From: Abditibacteriaceae bacterium
Lineage (GTDB): Bacteria; Armatimonadota; Abditibacteriia; Abditibacteriales; Abditibacteriaceae
Direction of reading: 5' to 3'
DNA length: 64,000 nt
Assembly: GCA_965277285.1 (NCBI GenBank)
Contig: OZ255721.1
Span: forward strand, 3,232,001-3,296,000
Part shown: piece by piece, positions 28,796 to 38,722 of the stretch
Layout of the letters: the number at the start of each line of letters is the position of its first letter
Position numbering within the stretch: position 1 is the stretch's first letter
The notes under the pieces: model-generated
What the model saw: only the letters and a program-made list of their open reading frames with translations
Databases searched by the model: none
What the model was told of the DNA's origin: nothing
Program-made: the position numbers and the translations under genes

Positions 28796-30760
28796 ATGAA
28801 TAACGAACTTTCCACCAATTCTGCGATGCTTGCGACTTCCAGCGCGGCACCGACGCCCGAAAGAACAACGGCGGAAGCTATCGCGCCGGAAATTGTTGCG
28901 CCCCAATCTGCGGCGCCTTCCACGTCCACGTTTTCGATGCCTTTGAGCGAACTTTCTGCAACGAACGCGGCGCCCAATGCGATTCCGCAAATCGCGTCAA
29001 CAACGCCGCCCGAACCGCCGCGCGCGCTTTCAGCAGGCGCGTTGTTAAAGGGCGAATACGAAATCAAAACCGTCTTATCGCGCGGCATGACCAACATTTA
29101 CGAAGCGCAATACGGCGATTATGGCGCGACCAGTCCGCTTCTCATTGCCGAACGCGATGTTCCGCCGCCGCAAACGCCAATCGCGCCGCCGTTAGTTTCC
29201 AGCACGGGAACACCTGTCGAATTGACTGTAACAAGCGCCGAAGATGTCGCGGAAGCGGCCTCGGCCACGACAGTTGATGACGCGGCGGGAAGCGGCGCTT
29301 TTCTGGAAGATGTGGACACGTTGCCGACTGGCGAAAACGCGCCGATGGGCGAAATCGTGCCGGTTGACGAAAGCGATCCGACTGGCGAAATGAGCCGCAC
29401 TTCGGTTCCACCATCGGCGCAGGCGAGCGAAATTCAAGAATTCAAAACTGAGGAATCGAGTACTGGAGCGGGAGCCAAAAGCGAAGCCAGCGCGCCGTTG
29501 CAATCGCCATTATTTCCGCAAAGCGCGCCGTTTGTGCAGGAAGAGCGCGAATATCTTGTCTTTGAATTTGCGTCGACAACCGCGCTGCAAGATTATCGTG
29601 AAGCGACCAACGACGAACGTTTGTTGGCGATGTTGAACACTCTGGCGAACGGCTTGAACGAGTTGAGCACGCGGAGTTTGCGCGCCGATTTTACGACCGA
29701 AACGTTGCGCGTCAATCCCAAAGGCGAATTGAAGTTTTACGGTTTTGTCGAAGCGAAAAAGCCCAACGTCGCGGACGAAGAGTTGGCGCAGTTGCGTTCT
29801 TTGACGGCGTTTTTACTGAAGCGCGTCTTCGCCGAATCTTCCACTATGCGCTTAGACGACGAGTTCGGTTCGCTGGCTTTGACCGAAGAAGTCAAGGCAT
29901 TGGCGCGACAGATAAACGACCGCGCCGGTTTTGAAACGATCCAGGAAGCGGCGGAAGCGATTGCGACATTAACTTCGAGTACTCGATTGCGCGTCGATTC
30001 GGCGATTGTCAGCGATGTCGGCCAGGAACGCGAATTGAACGAAGATTCCGGCTTTATTTTGAAGCTGCAGCGCCGCGCGCATCTGGGTTCGCGCGATTTG
30101 GAATTGTATGTCGTGGCCGATGGAATGGGCGGACACGAAGGTGGCGAAGTCGCCAGCGATTTGACGCTGAGTTCCTTGCAACGCAACTTCGACGCGCGCA
30201 TGGAAACCAATTGGAACGATAACGTCGCGGTGCGCAACGCTTTAATTGAAATTATCGACGCCGTGAACGCCGAAGTCGTCGCCCTGACCGAAACGCCGAA
30301 ATATCGTGCGACGCGCGCCAAGCCAGGGTCGACGCTGGTCTTCGGTTTGCGATTGGGAGCGCGCGTTTTCGTCGGCAACGTCGGCGACAGTCGCGCTTAT
30401 AAAGTGTCGAACGGCGTTCTGGAACGCGTTTCCAAAGACCATTCGTATGTGCAAACCTTGATTGACCGCGGCGAATTGACGGACGACGAAGCGTGGGATC
30501 ATCCCGAGGGAAGCGTGATTACGGCTCACATCGGCTTTGCGAAATTGAAGCAGCGCGATGTGTTTCTGCGGCTTTTCGCGCCCGGCGATAAACTGCTTTT
30601 GGTTTCCGATGGCGTGGTCGATATGCTCCGCGACCGCGATTTCGCGCCGCACATCGCGTCGAACGATCCGCAAGCTGTTTGTCAAAGTTTGGTGGATGCG
30701 GCGAACGCAGCGGGCGGCATGGATAATATTACGGTCGTGTGCGCGCAGTTTTCAGGATAA
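28796..30760 (+). CDS. PP2C-family Ser/Thr phosphatase with long N-terminal region (degenerate kinase-like)
   Basis: SDVGQERELNEDS, VADGMGGHEGGEVAS, GNVGDSRAY, SKDHS, LLLVSDG, GGMDNITVV; N-terminus YEIKTVLSRGMTNIY. Confidence 0.9.
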   Translation: MNNELSTNSAMLATSSAAPTPERTTAEAIAPEIVAPQSAAPSTSTFSMPLSELSATNAAPNAIPQIASTTPPEPPRALSAGALLKGEYEIKTVLSRGMTNIYEAQYGDYGATSPLLIAERDVPPPQTPIAPPLVSSTGTPVELTVTSAEDVAEAASATTVDDAAGSGAFLEDVDTLPTGENAPMGEIVPVDESDPTGEMSRTSVPPSAQASEIQEFKTEESSTGAGAKSEASAPLQSPLFPQSAPFVQEEREYLVFEFASTTALQDYREATNDERLLAMLNTLANGLNELSTRSLRADFTTETLRVNPKGELKFYGFVEAKKPNVADEELAQLRSLTAFLLKRVFAESSTMRLDDEFGSLALTEEVKALARQINDRAGFETIQEAAEAIATLTSSTRLRVDSAIVSDVGQERELNEDSGFILKLQRRAHLGSRDLELYVVADGMGGHEGGEVASDLTLSSLQRNFDARMETNWNDNVAVRNALIEIIDAVNAEVVALTETPKYRATRAKPGSTLVFGLRLGARVFVGNVGDSRAYKVSNGVLERVSKDHSYVQTLIDRGELTDDEAWDHPEGSVITAHIGFAKLKQRDVFLRLFAPGDKLLLVSDGVVDMLRDRDFAPHIASNDPQAVCQSLVDAANAAGGMDNITVVCAQFSG

Positions 30761-30819
30761 AAGATTTTGAACCGCAGAGACGTGGAAGCGCAGAGGAAAG
30801 GGAATCGAGTACTCAAAGT

Positions 30820-30897
30820 AACACTTTGTCATTCTGAGTGAAACGAAGAATCTAACTGCAATCAGATTCTTCGTTTCACTCAGAATGACAAAGTGTT
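30820..30897. repeat. TGTCATTCTGAG-family long inverted repeat, copy 2 (nested in a CCGCAGAG...CTCTGCGG element)
   Basis: aacactttgtcattctgagtgaaacgaagaatct-N10-agattcttcgtttcactcagaatgacaaagtgtt, perfect 34-bp arms. Confidence 0.88.
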
Positions 30898-30957
30898 GAG
30901 GTGATTCTGTTCTCTTTTCTTCGCGTCCTCTGCGGTGAATTGAAAGAAGTTTGAGGA

Positions 30958-32229
30958 GTGAGAATGGATGCGATTCAAATCAGAACGGCGTTAGATAAAG
31001 ACTTTCGGCCTTTGCGCGGCGATTTCGTGCAAACCTTGATGATCGAGTTGACGCCGCAGCGCGGCATGAGCACCTTGCCGATGAACCTGGGCATTTTGCT
31101 CGATGTGTCCGGCTCGATGGAAGGCGCCAAGCTGGAAAACGCCAAGCAAGCGTGCAACCTTTTGCTGGAACAATTGAAGCCGGAAGATCGCGCCGCGGTC
31201 TGCGTTTTTTCGAGCGGCGCGCGCACTATTGTGCCGTCGCAGCGCTTCGACGATTCGGTTAAAAAAATGGCGCAACGCGAAGTTGCGCACTTGCAAATCG
31301 AGGGCGCGACGGAACTTTTGGCGGGCTTGAATCAGGTTTACGCCGAAGTCGCGCCGCATCGTTCGCCTGAGGTTACGACGTTTGTGATTTTGCTGTCCGA
31401 TGGCGAGCCGACCGATTCGCAGGGTTATCGCGTCAAAACTCTCGATCAGTTTTTGCAGCGCACCGACGCCGAATTCAAAACCAACGGCGTTTCGCTTTCG
31501 ACGATTGGCTTGGGCAGCGCGTCCGATTACGACGCAGCGTTTTTGCGCGATTTGGCGGACAAAGGCTCCAGCAAGTTTCTGATGGCGCAGCAGCCGCACG
31601 AACTGGCGGACGCTTTCCAGGACGAATTCGGGCGCATTCAAAGCACGGTTTTGAGCGACGTGGCGATTGAAGTTCATCGCTTGAACGGAACTGTCAGGCG
31701 TTTCTGGCGCGTCGTACCGGACAAGAAGATTTTCGATCCGCCCAAAGTGCAGGACGGCAGTTTTCGCGTCGGCGTCGGCTCGATTCAAAACGATCAGCCG
31801 CAAGCGTATTTGATTGATGTCGTGACCGGAACGCCGACCAATCCCGCCGGTCGCGGCTTGTTGTGTCAGGTCGCGGCGGTCGTGATTTCAAGTGGCGTCG
31901 AGCATCGCGCGGAAACCAACGTTCTGGTCGGCTATTCCGACAACGAATTGGAACTGGCGCAACGCAACGGCGAAGTTTTGAAATTGAACGAAGAAGCCGT
32001 TGATTTCAAGTTGCAAATGGATTTGGAAGACGCCGTGAAAGCGGGCGATAGGCGTAAGATGACGAGCGTTTTGGAGCGCAAAAAGAAGATGACGCAGCGT
32101 CTGGGCAAGACTTCGGCGACCAAAGTTCTGGACGATATGCAAGCGACGCTGCAAACTGGCGGCGCGATTTCCGCCGATGATCTGGCGGTTTCGTCAGTTG
32201 AATCGAAGAAAACCAAGCGTTTGGGTTGA
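30958..32229 (+). CDS. von Willebrand factor A domain protein
   Basis: MIDAS motif LDVSGSM, GAT, LLSDG, TIGLG. Confidence 0.9.
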   Translation: MRMDAIQIRTALDKDFRPLRGDFVQTLMIELTPQRGMSTLPMNLGILLDVSGSMEGAKLENAKQACNLLLEQLKPEDRAAVCVFSSGARTIVPSQRFDDSVKKMAQREVAHLQIEGATELLAGLNQVYAEVAPHRSPEVTTFVILLSDGEPTDSQGYRVKTLDQFLQRTDAEFKTNGVSLSTIGLGSASDYDAAFLRDLADKGSSKFLMAQQPHELADAFQDEFGRIQSTVLSDVAIEVHRLNGTVRRFWRVVPDKKIFDPPKVQDGSFRVGVGSIQNDQPQAYLIDVVTGTPTNPAGRGLLCQVAAVVISSGVEHRAETNVLVGYSDNELELAQRNGEVLKLNEEAVDFKLQMDLEDAVKAGDRRKMTSVLERKKKMTQRLGKTSATKVLDDMQATLQTGGAISADDLAVSSVESKKTKRLG

Positions 32230-32249
32230 GGCACAAACGGAGGCAAACC

Positions 32250-32783
32250 ATGAAAATCCCATATTTGCGTTGGCTGCCGATCTTGTTTGTTTTGCTGGCG
32301 TTTTTTGGCGGTTCGAGTACTCGATGCGAGGCGCGAACGGCGCGCAATTGGCCAGAAGTTTCGCAATCGACCGAGTCCTTTGCGGATTCGGAGGCAATGT
32401 CGCGCGCTGTGCAATATCTGTTGCGGGCACGCGGCTATTCGCTTGCCGTGGATGGTGCGTGGGGCATCCAGACAACGCGCGCGTTGCGTTCTTTTCAGCG
32501 AAAGCATGGGTTGATCGCCAATGGTGTTTTGAAGGACACGACCTGGGAAGCTCTGGTCGTTCCCGTGCGGCGCAACAACACCGGCGATGCGGTGCGAGCA
32601 GTTCAAGTCTTGCTGCGCGACGCTGGCTACGATTCGCCACTGAATGGTCTTCTTGGGCCACGCACGCAAGCCGATGTGCGTAAGTATCAAGCTGTAAAAG
32701 GTCGCACGGTTGATGGCGTAGTTGGGAAATTTACGTGGTGCAGTCTCGTCGGTGGCACCGTCGGTGATGAAGCAGGTGACTGA
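32250..32783 (+). CDS. Exported peptidoglycan-binding domain protein (two PG_binding_1-like repeats)
   Basis: Signal peptide; VQYLL..VDGAWGIQTTRALRSFQRKHGL..G; VQVLL..GPRTQADVRKYQ..VDGVVGKFTW. Confidence 0.85.
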   Translation: MKIPYLRWLPILFVLLAFFGGSSTRCEARTARNWPEVSQSTESFADSEAMSRAVQYLLRARGYSLAVDGAWGIQTTRALRSFQRKHGLIANGVLKDTTWEALVVPVRRNNTGDAVRAVQVLLRDAGYDSPLNGLLGPRTQADVRKYQAVKGRTVDGVVGKFTWCSLVGGTVGDEAGD

Positions 32784-32816
32784 TTTTTAGATTCAAAGAT
32801 TCAAAAAGGAAAAGCG

Positions 32817-33908
32817 ATGATTAAATGTCCCAATCCCGATTGCGGTTACGAAAACGTGGACGGCACGCAGTTTTGTGAAGGCTGCGGCGAAGAATTGCCG
32901 CAAAAAGCCGGCGTCAACGCTTCGACCAGCGCAACAGTCGCCACAGGAAACGCAGGCGGCAATACGCCGATTCATGGCGCCGCGACGGGTGCTTCGCCCG
33001 ACATGATTCGTTGTCCAGCTTGCGAAAACCTCAATCCCGCCGATAACGTTGTCTGCGAAGTTTGCGGAACCGAACTTCATCCAGGCGCCGCTTCAGGAAC
33101 GACTTCTCCGTTGGTTTCGGGTGCGACATCGAGTACTGGAACGGCGCCCGCAAGTTCGATTCACACGGTTCCTTCTGCCGATCCTTTGGCGACGGGAACT
33201 TCGACGCCGCCGTTGTCACTGGCGACTTCGAGTTTGGGATCGGGCAGCAATGCTGTTTCCGCGACTTCCGGCGCGACAGCTTCGGACGCGACACCTTCGG
33301 CTTTGGCGTCCGGTTTGGGTTCGACCATGGACACCTCGGCTTTCCCAATGCCGGCTGTACTCACAGGCGATACGACAAGCGGCATTTCGCCGACTGGCAC
33401 GACGTTGCCTTCGGGCGACGCGGCTTTGACATCACCAAATGCCACAAGCGCGCCGATTGCAGGCGCCATTGCCAACAGCGATCCGGTTTCCGCTTCGCCA
33501 ACTTCCGCGCTCGATACTTCGACGATAGATACTTCGACCGCACCTGCGGCAACTTCAACGGCGCCGTCCGGCAATTTGCAGCCAGGCCATGTGAAACTGA
33601 CGGTTGAACAGGGCATGACGATTGGCAAGCAGTTCGTGCTGGGCGATCCTGAAATCCTGGTCGGGCGCGAAGACGACGAAGAAGGCATTTATCCCGACGT
33701 AGATTTGAGCGATCAGGACGAAGGTTATGTGCATCGCAAGCACGCGCAGATGAAGTTTGAGAACGGCGGCTTAACGGTGACGCACTTGGGCGGCGCCAAC
33801 AAAACGCGCGTCAACAACAAACCTTTGGCCGACAACACGCCGCAAAACGTCAACATCGGCGACAAGGTTTCCTTTGGCAAAGTCGTGATGCGCGTCGGCA
33901 GCGTGTAA
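32817..33908 (+). CDS. Double Zn-ribbon + S/T-rich linker + FHA domain protein
   Basis: CPNPDC..FCEGCG, CPAC..CEVCG; VGRED..DVDLS..VHRKHA..N.TRVN. Confidence 0.88.
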   Translation: MIKCPNPDCGYENVDGTQFCEGCGEELPQKAGVNASTSATVATGNAGGNTPIHGAATGASPDMIRCPACENLNPADNVVCEVCGTELHPGAASGTTSPLVSGATSSTGTAPASSIHTVPSADPLATGTSTPPLSLATSSLGSGSNAVSATSGATASDATPSALASGLGSTMDTSAFPMPAVLTGDTTSGISPTGTTLPSGDAALTSPNATSAPIAGAIANSDPVSASPTSALDTSTIDTSTAPAATSTAPSGNLQPGHVKLTVEQGMTIGKQFVLGDPEILVGREDDEEGIYPDVDLSDQDEGYVHRKHAQMKFENGGLTVTHLGGANKTRVNNKPLADNTPQNVNIGDKVSFGKVVMRVGSV

Positions 33909-33922
33909 AAGATGTGAATTGA

Positions 33923-33957
33923 AAAACGCGAACGTCAACTGTCGACGTTCGCGTTTT
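33923..33957. terminator. Hairpin terminator between convergent genes
   Basis: aaaacgcgaacgtc-aactgtc-gacgttcgcgtttt. Confidence 0.65.
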
Positions 33958-33960
33958 CTT

Positions 33961-34392
33961 TTATCGAGTACTCGAAGTGCTCAATCCGTCATCAAACTCG
34001 CCGCCAACTTTGGGGCGCGCCCAAGAAAAATCGCCTTGCGGCCCGTCCCACGACAATTCATGTCGTCGCTCTTCAGGAACTTCCTTGAACAACTCTTGGA
34101 TATAATAAGCGAACAGCGAGTAGAAACGGCATTGGTCATCGTTGTTCTCGAAAAACTTTCGCGCTTGATAATTGAGAAAATGAATGTCGTGCTGTGTAAA
34201 ATTCTCAACTAAAATTGTTGCGGAAAGGTTGTGCACAAATTGCGCAACTTGATATTGATAGCGTAGAGCACTCTGACGCTTGGGTGGAAGAAGTTCGAGA
34301 AAATCGACCGCACAAAGCTGTGAAAGCTCGTTGCGATTGAAAGGTAAAGCCTGTGCTAAGATTTGGCGATAAATTTCTTGTTTTCGGCTCAT
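33961..34392 (-). CDS. Hypothetical protein, AT-richer, inserted antisense in the kinase cluster
   Basis: 143-aa ORF ending SSTR* inside a palindrome copy; another copy 22 bp upstream of its start. Confidence 0.65.
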   Translation of the reverse strand: MSRKQEIYRQILAQALPFNRNELSQLCAVDFLELLPPKRQSALRYQYQVAQFVHNLSATILVENFTQHDIHFLNYQARKFFENNDDQCRFYSLFAYYIQELFKEVPEERRHELSWDGPQGDFSWARPKVGGEFDDGLSTSSTR

Positions 34393-34476
34393 GAAATTAT
34401 TTTAACTTGTACTTCGAGTACTCGATTCCACGATTATTTCACTTGCGCGCGTTCAAAATAGCTTAAACTTCCCGCG

Positions 34477-36600
34477 ATGACAGCGACTTTGCGACACCAA
34501 ATCGGCGACTTGATTCAAGAACGCTACGAAGTGATCAGCGTTCTGGGCGCGGGCGCGTTCGGCACCGTGTATCAATGCCGCGACCGCGAACTGAACACGC
34601 TCGTCGCCATCAAAGAATTGCACGTTTTAGATACGCCGAACGCCGCGCCCGAACGCGAAGCCGCGCTCGTCAAGTTTCGCCAGGAAGCCGCCAATCTGTC
34701 GAATTTGCGCCATCCGCATATCGTGTCGGGACATTATCAGCCTTGTAGCGGCACCTGGCTGGTCTGCCCGATTTGTGGCCTGGCTTTCAAAGGAACGCCG
34801 ACTTGTCCGACGCATAATGCCAGTCCGGTTGTCATCAAGCAGCGCCATTATCTGGTGATGGAATATCTCAGCGGCCCCGATTTGACGCAGGCCGCGCAAT
34901 CTTCGGGCGGACGCTTGACGCCGCACGACGCGGTTCGCTTGTTGTTGCCGATCACCGATGCGCTGAGTTTGATTCACAGTCGCGGCCTGATTCACCGCGA
35001 CATCAAGCCGGAAAACATTCGATTGCGCACGCAAAACGACGACGCGGTTTTGCTCGATTTCGGCATCACTACGCAAAGCGGCGAAGAAGGCAGTTTTTCG
35101 ACGCGCGCGGTTCGCCACACAACCGGCGGCGGGACTTTGGGCTACGCGCCCGAATCGAGTGTCGAACGTCGTTTTCCCGATGCGCGCTCCGATATTCACG
35201 CGCTGGGCATGACGTTGTATGCGCTGGTTTCCGGCCTTGACCCGCTTGAAGACGACGATTTGCAAAAGATGCGGACGAAGCCACCGCGCACCTGGAACGC
35301 GGACATTTCTCCCGCAATGGAAACTCTGATTACGCGTGCCATCAGCGCCGATCCCGCGCGTCGTCCACAAACCGCGCGCGAATTTGGCGACGAACTCAAG
35401 CGTTCGGACAATGGTGCATCGGTTGTTCATTCAGCAACGGAAAGCACCTTCGCGCCGCAATCGAGTACTCGAACTGCGCTGCAAACCGCGCCCATGACAA
35501 CGCCCGTCACAACTTTGGCGCCACCTTTTACTTTTCGCTCGGGCGCTCAGGCGCATGACGTGCGCGAACTTGTGACGTTGATGGATCGAGATCGGGGCGA
35601 AGCCAAAGAATATCTTTACAGCGGCGATTTTGCGACATGGCTCAGCCAGATTGGGCGCGCGGATTTGGCGCAACGCGCGCGCGAAATTGTCGAGGAATAT
35701 CCCGACCAAAAGTGGCAAGGCTTAGAAGCTCTGGCGCAAGCGACGGGCTTGGCGCCGCCGCCGCAGATGTTGGTGCAACCCGGATTTCTCGACTTCGGCG
35801 TTGTTCCGCCAGGCAAGCGCGCCACCATTCCTTTAAGTTTGACCAACAACGGGCGCGGTCATTTGTTTGGCATTTTGCATTCGGGCGCGCGCGGCCTGGT
35901 TTTCCCCGAAGGTTTCGACGGCAACGCGCAAGCGATTTCCATTGCTTTTGATGCGCGCGGCCTGGAGCGTGGCGCGCATTCCGGTGAAATCGTGATCGAT
36001 TCTTCCGCCGGAGAATGGCGCGTGCCGTTTGCGGCGCAAATCGCAGGACGCGAAAAAGCGGCGAACGAAGGCGAGGACGGCGCGGTCGCGGTCGTTTCGT
36101 GGGGACTTCTGGGAATGTTGTGCGGCTTTATCGCGCGCTCTTTGCCGCTGTCGCATTCCGCAGCAGGACAGCACTGGCTTTCGTCAGGCGCGCAAATCGA
36201 TTATTTGCCGACAGCGCCGCTCTTTGGTCTGGCAATTTGCGGCGCGACCTTCGCGTTCGTAGTCGGCGAAGCGACGCGGCGTCGCAGTTGGTGGCTGTTT
36301 TTCGGCGCGTTGCTACCCGCGTTTTTGTTTTCCGTGATGTGCGGTTTAGCGGGACAATTATTGCTGCCCGCGGGTGATGGAGTACTCGAACCGCTGACAA
36401 AGGTGCTCGTCGGCAAATGGGCGGCAGGCGGCTGGATGCTCGCAGGCGGATTTGTAGGCGCGGTTTATGGAACGCTGCGCTGTCTGCGCGATATTTTTTC
36501 GTCGCGCATCATCAACCTCATCGGCGGCTGGCTCATCTTCGGCGCCACTTGCGGCGGCATTCTCTGGTTCGTTAATGCCATGCTGGACAAAGCGGGTTAA
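34477..36600 (+). CDS. Membrane-anchored Ser/Thr protein kinase
   Basis: LGAGAFGTVY, VAIKE, HRDIKPEN, DFG, GTLGYAPE; CPIC..CPTH insert; Ig-like segment; C-terminal TMs. Confidence 0.92.
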   Translation: MTATLRHQIGDLIQERYEVISVLGAGAFGTVYQCRDRELNTLVAIKELHVLDTPNAAPEREAALVKFRQEAANLSNLRHPHIVSGHYQPCSGTWLVCPICGLAFKGTPTCPTHNASPVVIKQRHYLVMEYLSGPDLTQAAQSSGGRLTPHDAVRLLLPITDALSLIHSRGLIHRDIKPENIRLRTQNDDAVLLDFGITTQSGEEGSFSTRAVRHTTGGGTLGYAPESSVERRFPDARSDIHALGMTLYALVSGLDPLEDDDLQKMRTKPPRTWNADISPAMETLITRAISADPARRPQTAREFGDELKRSDNGASVVHSATESTFAPQSSTRTALQTAPMTTPVTTLAPPFTFRSGAQAHDVRELVTLMDRDRGEAKEYLYSGDFATWLSQIGRADLAQRAREIVEEYPDQKWQGLEALAQATGLAPPPQMLVQPGFLDFGVVPPGKRATIPLSLTNNGRGHLFGILHSGARGLVFPEGFDGNAQAISIAFDARGLERGAHSGEIVIDSSAGEWRVPFAAQIAGREKAANEGEDGAVAVVSWGLLGMLCGFIARSLPLSHSAAGQHWLSSGAQIDYLPTAPLFGLAICGATFAFVVGEATRRRSWWLFFGALLPAFLFSVMCGLAGQLLLPAGDGVLEPLTKVLVGKWAAGGWMLAGGFVGAVYGTLRCLRDIFSSRIINLIGGWLIFGATCGGILWFVNAMLDKAG

Positions 36601-36613
36601 TGCGTAAATAAAG

Positions 36614-37219
36614 GTGATTTCGATGATTGACAGAGAAACCGCTCAAGCCTTGGTTGTGGAGTACCTCAAATCCATGAAAACACACTGGAAAGTAGACATG
36701 GCCATCATTGATGAAAGTACCGTTGAAAAAGATTACGGCTGGTTTTTCGTATGTAACTCCAAGGAATACGCTATTAGTCGCAATCCCGAAGATAGCGTAA
36801 TTGGCGGAGCACTTCTCTTTGTGAGTCGTGATACTGGGAAAGTACAGCCTATAAACTACTTCTCTTTAGCTGAAGCGATAGCGAATCACGAAGCGCAACA
36901 TCTTTGGGGATTTGAATTCGTTTTCTACGACCTCATTATTCAGGAAGTGCAACACAGGGAAACTGCACTTGACTATCTTGAAAAGTTACGCTTGGCTAAG
37001 TGGAAAACACGTAATTTACCCAGTGGGCTGTCAATTATGGGAATGAAGACTTATACAAGAGGCGAACTCAAGGAACGTCTCTTACAACTGCCCTGTGTCT
37101 TTGAACGACAAGGTATACGAAGGCAATTTCGTATCTTGCAGCAGATGGACAAAGATAATTCCCTAATCTATAAACTTGTTCCATCTCAAGACCAAAGAAA
37201 TCCAATGCAACCCGCTTAG
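36614..37219 (+). CDS. YrhB/Imm35-like domain protein, AT-rich
   Basis: TVEKDYGWFFVCNSKEY...IGGALLFVSRDTG resembles the YrhB-type pattern; atypical codon usage. Confidence 0.55.
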   Translation: MISMIDRETAQALVVEYLKSMKTHWKVDMAIIDESTVEKDYGWFFVCNSKEYAISRNPEDSVIGGALLFVSRDTGKVQPINYFSLAEAIANHEAQHLWGFEFVFYDLIIQEVQHRETALDYLEKLRLAKWKTRNLPSGLSIMGMKTYTRGELKERLLQLPCVFERQGIRRQFRILQQMDKDNSLIYKLVPSQDQRNPMQPA

Positions 37220-37258
37220 AGATTCTTGCGATGGCGCACAATCGTTGATATTGACGCA

Positions 37259-37333
37259 CGGTTTGTCGTTCTGAGCAGAGCGAAGAATCTGGCCTAAAGA
37301 AAGGTTTTTCGCTCTGCTCAGAATGACAAACCG
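37259..37333. repeat. TGTCATTCTGAG-family inverted repeat, copy 3
   Basis: cggtttgtcgttctgagcagagcgaagaatct...ttcgctctgctcagaatgacaaaccg. Confidence 0.82.
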
Positions 37334-37398
37334 CACGCTTTTGGCGTTTGAAAGCATTTGTAAGAATGCAATTGTGCGAGCGCTGAACGTAAATCAAG

Positions 37399-38040
37399 AT
37401 GATTTTGCAACGCATCGGCATTATTGGTGATGTTCATGCCGAAGACGAACTTTTGCGCATTGCGCTGGAGTTTTTGGCGACGCAAAACGTGGACGATATT
37501 TTGTGCGTCGGCGACGTTGTGGACGGCGCGGGCGATGAAAATCGTTGCTGCGAATTGTTGCGCGCTTTCGGTGTCAAAACGGTGCGCGGCAATCACGACC
37601 GCTGGATGTTTGAAAACACGATGCGCCATTTGCATGATGCGACAAAGCGCGAAGATTTAACGACTGAAAATGAAGCGTTTCTGCGAGGACTTTCGAGTAC
37701 TCGAAGTTTCCCAACTGTTGCAGGCGATTTGCTTTTGTGTCACGGCCTGGGCGAAAACGATATGCAGCGTCTCACGCCCGATGATGAAGGTTACGCGCTG
37801 GAATGCAAAGACGAATTGCAACGTTTGCTGCGCGATGGTAAATATCGTATTGTCGTTGCGGGTCACACGCATCATCGCATGGTGCGCGACTTTGGCAGCT
37901 TGATCGTCATCAACACGGGAACGTTGTTTCGACCGCACGAGCCGTGCTTTGCGACAGTTGACTTTGGCGAACGTTGGGTACAGTTTCACGATTTTGAGGC
38001 CGGCGCACTGATTCCGTTTTGTCGAAAAACCGTGTTTTAA
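37399..38040 (+). CDS. Metallophosphoesterase (calcineurin-like)
   Basis: GDVH, GDVVD, GNHD, CHG, GHTH, INTG. Confidence 0.9.
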   Translation: MILQRIGIIGDVHAEDELLRIALEFLATQNVDDILCVGDVVDGAGDENRCCELLRAFGVKTVRGNHDRWMFENTMRHLHDATKREDLTTENEAFLRGLSSTRSFPTVAGDLLLCHGLGENDMQRLTPDDEGYALECKDELQRLLRDGKYRIVVAGHTHHRMVRDFGSLIVINTGTLFRPHEPCFATVDFGERWVQFHDFEAGALIPFCRKTVF

Positions 38041-38045
38041 GAGCG

Positions 38046-38684
38046 TTACTTTTTATGCATTTCCGCTTGCATGGCGTCCAGAAGGTTCTTTTCGCGATCG
38101 TAATCGAAGCCAGTTTGCGCGAAAACGACAATGCCTTGGCGATTCAAGAGGAAAATGCTGGGATAAAGCTTGCCATTGTAAGTGTTCTTGAAAAGCTGTG
38201 CTTTTTCGTCAAAGGCAATCGGATAATTCAAGCCAAACTGGGTTTTGCAAACGCTGGCGACCGTATTCCAATTGTTTTCATCCGGGTCTTTGTCGCTCGG
38301 CGCTTGAATGCCGACAACTCTCAAGCCTCGCCCCTTGAACCTTTCATAGACATCGCGCAGGACGGGCGCGCTCGCCTGACAATGCGAACACTTGATGCGA
38401 AAAAACTCGACAATCGTAACGTGACCTTTGAAATCGCTCGGCTCCAGCGGCTTGGCGGTGTTCATCCAATACTTCGGCGCGATGTTCCATGCAGGTAAGG
38501 GTTTGCCAACGAACTGTTGAATGAGCTGATTAGGATTAAAATCTCCAACCGCATTGGAAGCGTTCACTGCAGGCATATTCGCCGTCGTTTTTGCCGCATC
38601 GTTTGCCTGTATTTGCTGATACGCCGGATATGCTATCAAGCCGATCAACAAACAGCCAATCACCGCGATTTTCCACTTTTCCAT
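38046..38684 (-). CDS. TlpA/redoxin-family membrane-anchored thioredoxin
   Basis: N-terminal TM; FKGHVTIVEFFRIKCSHC; YPIAFD; YPSIFLLNRQG. Confidence 0.85.
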   Translation of the reverse strand: MEKWKIAVIGCLLIGLIAYPAYQQIQANDAAKTTANMPAVNASNAVGDFNPNQLIQQFVGKPLPAWNIAPKYWMNTAKPLEPSDFKGHVTIVEFFRIKCSHCQASAPVLRDVYERFKGRGLRVVGIQAPSDKDPDENNWNTVASVCKTQFGLNYPIAFDEKAQLFKNTYNGKLYPSIFLLNRQGIVVFAQTGFDYDREKNLLDAMQAEMHKK

Positions 38685-38722
38685 AATGCGTCCTGCCTTT
38701 TCGAGTACTCGAAATTGAATCT

